Origin: an uncultured delta proteobacterium
Lineage (GTDB): Bacteria; Myxococcota_A; Polyangia; Fen-1088
DNA length: 64,000 nt
Direction of reading: 5' to 3'
Assembly: GCA_963767925.1 (NCBI GenBank)
Contig: CAVYGB010000002.1
Location: 1,888,001 to 1,952,000, forward strand
Shown here piece by piece: positions 57,140 through 64,000 of the stretch; the first letter of the stretch is position 1; each line of letters begins with the position of its first letter. A program made the translations under genes and the position numbers. Under the pieces are notes generated by a model. The model saw nothing but the letters and a program-made list of their open reading frames with translations. It ran no database searches and was not told the origin of the DNA.

Positions 57140-57780
57140 TCAGCGGGCCGAGCGGCGCGGGCGGCGAGCGCGCGCCGGGGAGATGCCGGGGGCGCGCCCG
57201 CCGTGCCGGCGCGAGCCCTCGATGGGGGCGTACTCCAGCTCGCGCCCCTCGCGCGCGCAGCGGAGCAGCAGGGCGCCCCGGCTCATGTCCCCCCGGCCCA
57301 CGAAGTCGGGTGGGAACAGCAGGTGGTCGCCGAACACGCGGGTCAGCGGCTGGACGTATTTGTCGGTGGCCACGCTGCCCAGCAGGACGAAGCGGGTGGC
57401 GGCGCCGTGGGCGCGCTCGAGGGCCACCGCGTGCTCGATGAGCGGGCCGGTGAAGCGCGGGTTGGCGGCGTCGATGTCCACCTGGGCCCAGGCTCGCAGC
57501 CGGTCGATGGTCAGGGGCTCGTGCAGGAAGCGCAGCCCTTCGCCCGGGCTGATGACCAGGCCGCCGGCCAGGCCGGGCGGGGGGCGGCCGAAGCGTTCGG
57601 CGTAGGTCATCTTGCCCCGGAAATAAAGGCCGCTGACGAAGCTGAACAGCGGTCCGAGCTGGGCCCCGGCCGGCGAGTGGAGCTGGCGGGCGAGGGGAAA
57701 CTGCGCGTTCGGGTTGAAGACGAGCGCCGCCCGTTCCCCCCCGAGGTTGCAGGGCGAGATCAGGAAGATCGTGAATTCCG
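57140..57780 (-). CDS. Conserved-looking hypothetical protein; N-terminal part lacks an in-frame canonical start
   Basis: Coding-like frame from IFLISPCNLGGERA through SGLYFRGKMTYA to VLLGSVATDKY, FVGRGDMSRG; first ATG only at 57610. Confidence 0.65.
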
Positions 57781-57997
57781 GGCCGGGCGAGCCGATCCGG
57801 CAAGGTTAGCAGCCCGTTTCACCGTGTGACGTTCGGGTTCGGCACGTCTGAGCGCACCGGCCGTCTGCCGAGCATGGCACCCCGAGGCGGTACGTGAAGC
57901 GTCAGAGAACGGGCCCACCCACCACCCTCACGTCACGCGATTGTCGATTCCCCGGCAGGACTGGAACCTCCCCCGGGTTCCGGGGCAAACTGCGCCG

Positions 57998-58975
57998 ATG
58001 CAGACGCGTCAGCTCGGCACCAGCGACCTTCATATCCACCCCGTCGTCCTCGGCGCCTGGGCCATCGGCGGATCGATGTGGGGCGGCCAGGACGAGCAGC
58101 GCTCGGTCGACGCCATCATCGCCAGCATCGACGCCGGCGTGAACCTCATCGACACCGCGCCGGTCTACGGCCTCGGCAAGAGCGAGGAGCTGGTCGGGCG
58201 GGCCATCCGCGGCCGCCGGGACAAGGTGCTGATCGCGACCAAGTGTGGCCTGATCTGGGACCGCCCCGAGGGGACCCTGCGCTTCACCATGGTCGACGTC
58301 GACGAGAGCCGGCGGCCCATCCACTACGACATGTCTCCGCCGGCCGTGCGCCGGGGGATCGAGGACAGCCTCCGGCGGCTGGGCACCGACGTGATCGACC
58401 TCCTGCAGATCCACTGGCCCGACCCGGCCATCCCCACCGACCAGATGTTCGAGGAGATGTTGCGCCTGCGCCAGGAGGGCAAGGTCCGCTGGCTGGGCGT
58501 CTCCAACTTCACCCGGCCGGAGCTCGAGGTCGCCAAGCGGGTGGCCGGCATCGTGAGCCAGCAGCCGCAATACAACCTGCTCGAACGGGGCATCGAGGCC
58601 GACGTGTTGCCCTGGTGCCGGCGCGAGCAGGTGGGCGTGATCGTCTATAGCCCGATGGGCCGGGGCCTGCTGACCGGCAAATATGGCGCCGACCACCAGT
58701 TCCCGGCCAACGACCACCGGGCCGGCATCCGCTGGTTCACCCCGGAGTGGCGGCCCCGCGTCCTGGCCGCCCTCGACAAGGCTCGCCCCATCGCAGCGGC
58801 CCACGGCGCCTCGCTCGGCAACCTGGCGGTGGCCTGGACCCTGGCGCAGCCGGGCGTGACCGGCGCCATCGTGGGCGCGCGCGATGCGGCCCAGGCCGAG
58901 GAGAACGCCCGCGCCGCCACCTTGCGCCTGTCCGAGGCCGAGCTGAAGACCCTGTCCGACCTTTTCGCGCTGTGA
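57998..58975 (+). CDS. Aldo/keto reductase
   Basis: LGAWAIGG, IDTAPVYG, IATKCG, IDLLQIHWPD, GVSNF, YSPMGRGLLTGK. Confidence 0.94.
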   Translation: MQTRQLGTSDLHIHPVVLGAWAIGGSMWGGQDEQRSVDAIIASIDAGVNLIDTAPVYGLGKSEELVGRAIRGRRDKVLIATKCGLIWDRPEGTLRFTMVDVDESRRPIHYDMSPPAVRRGIEDSLRRLGTDVIDLLQIHWPDPAIPTDQMFEEMLRLRQEGKVRWLGVSNFTRPELEVAKRVAGIVSQQPQYNLLERGIEADVLPWCRREQVGVIVYSPMGRGLLTGKYGADHQFPANDHRAGIRWFTPEWRPRVLAALDKARPIAAAHGASLGNLAVAWTLAQPGVTGAIVGARDAAQAEENARAATLRLSEAELKTLSDLFAL

Positions 58976-59038
58976 GCCGGGTCGACCCCCGGGCCACCTC
59001 GGGGAATGCCGGCGGGGGTGCTAAGGTTTCTGGAGACC

Positions 59039-59623
59039 ATGACCCTGGCGCGCAAAGCCCTCTCCATCCTGGTGCCGCTGGCCACGCTGGTCGGGTGCGA
59101 CCACGTCACCAAATATGCCGCCAAGGCGGAGCTGGAGAGCCAGCCGCCCCGCGAGCTGATCGCCTCGGTGCTCGAGCTCCGCTACGTCGAGAACACCGAC
59201 GTCGGCTTCAGCCTGCTGCGCTGGATCCCGGAGGGCACCCGCCGGCCGCTGCTGCTTGTGTTCGGGGCGCTGGCGATCAGCGCGCTGATCGTCATGCTGA
59301 CCCGCTGGTCCGGGCCGCGGGCCGGGCGGGTGGCGGTGGTCCTCATCCTCGGCGGCGCGCTGGGCAACTACCTCGACCGGCTGGCCCGGGGCTACGTCGT
59401 CGACTTCATCCACCTGCGCCACTGGCCGATCTTCAACGCCGCCGACGTCTGGCTGACCGCCGGCCTGATCCTGTTCGGCTGGATCGCCCTTGTGCAGCGC
59501 CGCACCCGCGGCCAACGCCCCGCCGACCGCCGCGACCGTCTGACCGTTCAGCCGCGCTTCACGGATCGGCGAGAAACTCTGGATGGACCGGCGGCGGCGG
59601 GGGGCCGCACGCTCCGGGCATGA
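59039..59623 (+). CDS. lspA: Lipoprotein signal peptidase II
   Basis: D.VTK, VEN...[28 protein letters not shown]. Confidence 0.9.
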   Translation: MTLARKALSILVPLATLVGCDHVTKYAAKAELESQPPRELIASVLELRYVENTDVGFSLLRWIPEGTRRPLLLVFGALAISALIVMLTRWSGPRAGRVAVVLILGGALGNYLDRLARGYVVDFIHLRHWPIFNAADVWLTAGLILFGWIALVQRRTRGQRPADRRDRLTVQPRFTDRRETLDGPAAAGGRTLRA

Positions 59624-60402
59624 GCGAGCCGCTGGACGCCAAGCGCTGGGATCCCGTCGCCTACGATCGCAGCTTCGCCTTCGTCACCGCCTACGGCGAA
59701 GGGCCGCTGCAGCTCCTGGCGCCGCAGCCGGGGGAGCGGGTGCTCGACCTGGGCTGCGGCACCGGAGAGCTGACCGCCCGCATCGCCGAGCTGGGCGGCG
59801 AGGTGCTGGGGGTCGACCAGGACGCGGCCATGATCGAGCGGGCGCGTGAACGCTTTCCCGCCCTGCGCTTCGAGCGGGCCGACGCCCAGGCCTTCGAGCG
59901 CCCCGGCGGTGAGCCGCCCTTCGACGCCGTCTTCTCGAACGCGGCCCTGCACTGGATGCTTCGCCCGGCCGAGGTCATCGCCCGGGTGCGGGCGGTGCTG
60001 CGTCCGGGCGGGCGCTTCGTCGCCGAGGCGGGCGGGCGGGGCAACGTCGCCCGGGTCGAGCAGGCGCTGCACCAGGCCCGGGCGGAGGCGGGCCTGGCCG
60101 CCAGACCCTCCCCCTGGTTCCTCCCCTCGATCGCCGGCTACGCCCGCCTGCTCGAGGAGGGCGGCCTCGAGCCCCGGCACATGCAGGTCTTCGATCGCCT
60201 CACGCCGCTGGCCGAGGGGGAGTCGGGGCTGGTCGACTGGATGAAGATGTTCGCCACCTCGCTATTCGACGAGCTGGCCGACTCCGCCCGGGACGCCCTG
60301 CTGGCCCGCGCCGCCGAGCTGGCTCGCCCCGCGCTGTTCGTCGACGGCCGCTGGTCGGTCGACTACCGCCGCCTGCGCTTCGTCGCCGTGCGGGTCGCCT
60401 GA
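59620..60402 (+). CDS. Class I SAM-dependent methyltransferase (Tam-like)
   Basis: [43 protein letters not shown]. Confidence 0.9.
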   Translation: MSEPLDAKRWDPVAYDRSFAFVTAYGEGPLQLLAPQPGERVLDLGCGTGELTARIAELGGEVLGVDQDAAMIERARERFPALRFERADAQAFERPGGEPPFDAVFSNAALHWMLRPAEVIARVRAVLRPGGRFVAEAGGRGNVARVEQALHQARAEAGLAARPSPWFLPSIAGYARLLEEGGLEPRHMQVFDRLTPLAEGESGLVDWMKMFATSLFDELADSARDALLARAAELARPALFVDGRWSVDYRRLRFVAVRVA

Positions 60403-60409
60403 CCGCGCT

Positions 60410-61108
60410 TCAGGCCGATTGCGAGCGGGGGAGGGTGGCGCTCGAGAGGGCGGCGGGGGAGAGCGCCCAGTCGGTGGCGAGGGCGGGCGGTCGGGCGGGC
60501 AGGGGAGGGCGGGCGGGCAACGCGGGAAGTGCGGGCAGCGCCGGGCGGGCGCGCAGGGTGGTCCGGGCTCGCGCGGGGAGGCGACCGGTGCGCTCGGTGA
60601 GGCTGTCCCGCTGCAGGAGCAGGGTGCGCAGGCGGGCGCGCGCCCGCAGCACGCGGGTGCCCACCGTCGTCGGCGGGACCTGCAGCCGTTCGCCGATCTC
60701 CCGGTACGAGAGGCCCTCGAAGGCGTAGAGGTGGTAGGCCTGGCGCAGGCAGGGCGGCAGCAGGCTCAGGCAGCCGGCCACGTCGTCGAGCCCGAAGCAG
60801 CGCCACAGGGCGGGCTCGTCGTCGACGGGGCTCGTCGTCCCCAGCGCGGCGAGGTCCTGGTCCCGCAGGCGGGTGTGTTTTTTCCTGACCCCGCGCACGC
60901 TGTCGATGAAGAGGTTGCGCAAGATGGTGAGCAGCCAGCAGGACACCTTCTCGGGGGGAAGGTGGGCGGGCATCCGGGTCATCGCGCGTTCGAGTGTGTC
61001 CTGGACCAGGTCCCAGGCGTCGTCCAGGTTGCGGGTCAGGCTCCGGGCGCGTCCGAGGAGCGTGGAGACGTGCTCGGCGGCGACTTCGGCAGGCGATCGC
61101 GTGTTCAT
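60410..61108 (-). CDS. ECF sigma-70 factor with a Pro/Ala/Leu-rich tail
   Basis: DAWDLVQDT, WL.TILRNLFID, EGLSYREI, P..TVGTR..RAR..L. Confidence 0.88.
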   Translation of the reverse strand: MNTRSPAEVAAEHVSTLLGRARSLTRNLDDAWDLVQDTLERAMTRMPAHLPPEKVSCWLLTILRNLFIDSVRGVRKKHTRLRDQDLAALGTTSPVDDEPALWRCFGLDDVAGCLSLLPPCLRQAYHLYAFEGLSYREIGERLQVPPTTVGTRVLRARARLRTLLLQRDSLTERTGRLPARARTTLRARPALPALPALPARPPLPARPPALATDWALSPAALSSATLPRSQSA

Positions 61109-61159
61109 GACGGGACCCAGAACACCCCATCGGCGCGCCCCGATCGATTGCAGCTCGTT

Positions 61160-61940
61160 TCAGCGTCTTTCAGCCGCCGCCGCCCGGCGCCGGAACTCGT
61201 GCCAGGCCTCGGTGTATTCGAAGTGAAACGACGCGGGCGCGGGCGGTCCGGCGAAGGCCGGCGCATCGGCGGCCACCCGGAGCAGGGCCGCCTCGGCGTC
61301 CTGGCGCTTCTGGTCGACCCGGGCGCCAGGGGTCTGCTCGAGCCAGCGGGCGAGGCGGTCGGTCGCTTCGCCGGGGGTGGGATCGGCGGCCAGGATGGCT
61401 GCCAGGCTGCGCTCCGGATAGAACAGCGCCTTGCCGGTGCGGATCAGCCGCTCCCGGGTGGGGGCGTCGATGACGGCCTCCTGCTCGGCCTTGTGCAGGG
61501 TCGCGCGGATGTTCACCATGGCCTCCCCGAGGGCGCGGTAGGACCCTTCCCGACCCTGGTGGGCGACGGCCACCTCGTCGTCGTCCTCGAGGATCCCCGT
61601 GCGGAACGCCTCGAACACGGCGCCCACCCCCACCATCCCGAAGGCGGCCAGCTCGGCCGCGCGCAGGGCGCCCATGCTGGCGGCGCCGTAGACGCGGACG
61701 CCGTGGGCCAGGGCCCAGAGGATCTCCTTGTGCCAGATCGCGAGCGACTGGTCGAACACTCCGTCGATTACCAGCAGCGCCGCCGGCCGCTGCAGGGAGG
61801 CCCGGTAGACGTCGCCGAGCCGGGCGGGTCCCAGGAAGGTGGCGCCGGGGAGCAGGGCCCGCGCCTCGGCGGCCGGCAGGGTCGGCCCCAGGAAGACACG
61901 CGGACGGGACGACGGCGGCGGCGGCCGGCTCGCCGGTCAT
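61160..61940 (-). CDS. tfuA: TfuA-like protein; apparent frameshift near 61900
   Basis: VFLGPTL, IDGVF....IWHKEIL.AL, GAASMGALRAAEL..FGM.GVG, DDDEVAV.H, DQK..DA; ATG 61940 with GGAGGG RBS is out of frame with the body. Confidence 0.85.
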
Positions 61941-63180
61941 GCGCCCTCCCGGGCGACGGCCGCCGCGCGGGGCCGGGGACGTAGGCCGGGTTCTCCGAGA
62001 CCCCCTCCAGCCCCGGGACGACGACCCGGACGACGTGGACCGGATAAGCCGGGCGGGACAGGTCGACGACGACCACCTGGTCGAAGCCCCGCCCGGTCAG
62101 CCGGGCCAGGCAGAGGCGCAGGTCGGCCTCGAGGTCGCCGGCGGGGCGGCCCTCGATCGCCGCCAGGCGGCGGGGGGGCCGGGCGGGCGTGGCCATCTGG
62201 GCGCGGTGGCGGGCGTCCTCCGCCTCCGACTGCAGCCGGGCGATCTCGTGGCTCTGCAGGTCGTCGCGCGAGCCGACGATGCGGGTGAGCCGGCTCTGGG
62301 CCGCCTCGGTGAGGGCGCGGGCCAGCGCCACCGCGGGGTCGTTGTGGCAGCCGCCGCCCCGGGCCAGGCCGACCGGCCGGAAGGGATCGAAGGTGGCGTC
62401 GAGGGCGCCGCAGAGGAAGCTGGGGATGCCGACGTCGGTCGTCGTGTCCCACACCGCCACCTCGACCCGGGCCTGCTGGTACCGTTGCAGCAGCGCCCGG
62501 CAGGCCGGGTCGGCGACGCTGTCGAGGTCGAGCCGGCGGGCCCACTGGGCGGGGGCGCTCCGCCGGAGAAACAGGCTGAGGGCGTCCCGCTCGATCACCT
62601 CCCACAGCCCGTGCAGCGTCGCCTCGAGCCGGGTGTTGCCCGAGGCCAGCCCGTTCGAGCCGACCGGAAAGCAGCCGCTCCCCTCCGGCAGCGGCAGCCG
62701 CAGGTCGAGGTGGACCATCTCGTAGGGCACCAGGAGCGGGCGGCCCGAGACCAGGTCGTCCCCCTCGGTCCACAGCACCCGCAGGTGCGGGTCCCAGGGC
62801 CGCACCGACCGGGGCAGGCCGGCCACCGAAACCACGGGCTTTTCCGGCGGCAGATCGGCGAACGACGCCAGGGTCGAAGGATTCATGACGCGCTCGGCGT
62901 GCCACTGCTCGACCGCCTCCATCACGCCCGAGGCCCGCGCCGCATCGAGGTCGATCCCCTTGCCCTGGCTCACGCTCAGCGAGCGGGCGTTGGGCCGCAC
63001 AACCATCACGGTCGGGATCCCCAGGTGATCCATCCCGGTCACGTTCGCCACCCGGGTAATGCCCATTTCATGCAGAAACGGCCGCATCCGCGCGACGGTT
63101 TCGGCCGGCGAACAGGCCCGCCAGGTCCCCGCCACGACGACCTCGCGATCTATTCTCGGCTCTGCCCAGGGAACAGTCAT
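61937..63180 (-). CDS. ycaO: YcaO-family protein of the TfuA-associated type; natural stop probably 61937 via a frameshift at 61969-61972 (as sequenced runs to 61768)
   Basis: GITRVANVTG.D..GIP, RPN.RSLSVSQGKG, SNGLASGN, EVIERD, RALTEAAQSRLT.I.GSRDD, RVVVPGLE. Confidence 0.9.
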
Positions 63181-63249
63181 ACGTCGTTGTCGTTGTGTAT
63201 TACGAGGCGACGGGATCATATTCCGTAGCCAACGACAAAGGGGGTTCCG

Positions 63250-63912
63250 ATGACCGAGCAGAAGGACGTGGCGAAGGTCCCGGCCGAAAACCGCGAAAAG
63301 GCCGCGGTGGCCAACGACGACAAGGTCCGCCACGACATCTATTTCGTGTCCACCAACGACGTGCTCTACAAGTTTCCCGTGGACGACGACGGTGGCTACA
63401 CGGCTCCGCCCCAGGCGCCCTCGTACAGCGAGGCTAACCTGAGGCACATCCACAACGTGGCCAACCCCGGTCTGACCGAAGAGGAGCCGCGGCCCCGCGG
63501 TCCAGTCTTTGCCACCTTGCCCGTGACGGCAGAACCCACGGCAGCCAGCATCTGGACTTGCTACGTCATCAACCCCAACAACCTCATCTATCGCAATGCA
63601 TATACCGCGGAGGAGTGGTTCGCGTCCGGGGCCAGTGAGACAGCCGGACCCACCATCCCCGAGAACTTCGATCTCATCGTTGCCGGGCCCAAGGGCCGCA
63701 TCTATCTCATGCAGGTCGGCGACGATGGGGAAGCGGCAACCTGCAGGCTCCTGAAGAACGAGGAAGTCAGGGACGAGATGGATCTGTGGGACCAGCTACG
63801 GAACGGGACGGTGGTTGGACGGGTCCTGTTCGGGAAGAAGATCGTACCAATGGTCAACGTGACCAGTGTTCAGCCCGACGCCAATGCTCAGGGCAACGGG
63901 AGTGGGCGATGA
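63250..63912 (+). CDS. Hypothetical protein with two related halves
   Basis: AGGGGG RBS; divergent from ycaO across 69 bp; DIYFVS...LY / DLIVAG...IY and CYVIN / VPMVN segments. Confidence 0.7.
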   Translation: MTEQKDVAKVPAENREKAAVANDDKVRHDIYFVSTNDVLYKFPVDDDGGYTAPPQAPSYSEANLRHIHNVANPGLTEEEPRPRGPVFATLPVTAEPTAASIWTCYVINPNNLIYRNAYTAEEWFASGASETAGPTIPENFDLIVAGPKGRIYLMQVGDDGEAATCRLLKNEEVRDEMDLWDQLRNGTVVGRVLFGKKIVPMVNVTSVQPDANAQGNGSGR

Positions 63913-64000
63913 GCTGTTCTCCTCCTTCGTGGCTCGGCCATTCCCGTCGACTCGACCTCGACCAGGACCAGACCGATGCGCTGGACCCGGTCGAGATCGA
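63909..64000 (+). CDS. Start of a downstream ORF, truncated by the window end
   Basis: ATGA overlap with 63250-63912; open to the window end. Confidence 0.45.
   Translation, partial: MSCSPPSWLGHSRRLDLDQDQTDALDPVEI

Noticed and set aside
61768..63453. 561-aa YcaO as given in the ORF track
   Set aside because: The N-terminal extension overlaps the divergent gene and the C-terminal extension runs into tfuA; 63180 to 61937 fits better

Overview
Very GC-rich bacterial DNA. The gene families (PEGA proteins, DUF1592/DUF1552, Pkn-type kinase, serpin lipoprotein, extra lspA) suggest Myxococcota; this is an inference. About 55 genes or gene remnants are recognisable; no rRNA, tRNA or CRISPR array was seen. 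Coherent modules: (1) a phosphate/polyphosphate-looking operon of porin, thymidylate-kinase-like domain fused to helical repeats, VTC-domain protein and Na/Pi cotransporter (36940-42920); (2) a Tat-exported PaoABC-like molybdoenzyme cluster with mocA, xdhC and a small Cys-rich ORF (45515-51547); (3) an arsenic operon arsR-aqpS-arsC::arsN-arsM ending in a translationally coupled SigZ-like sigma factor (52322-55816); (4) a YcaO-TfuA-ECF sigma unit facing a two-repeat candidate substrate at the window edge (60410-64000). Also present: a rod-shaped candidate ncRNA (6S-like), a membrane pseudokinase, a dispersed REP-like palindrome family, a 27-bp tandem array and several decayed loci. Several frameshifts sit at homopolymers and may be sequencing errors. 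All family calls come from motif recognition by eye; no database searches were run.
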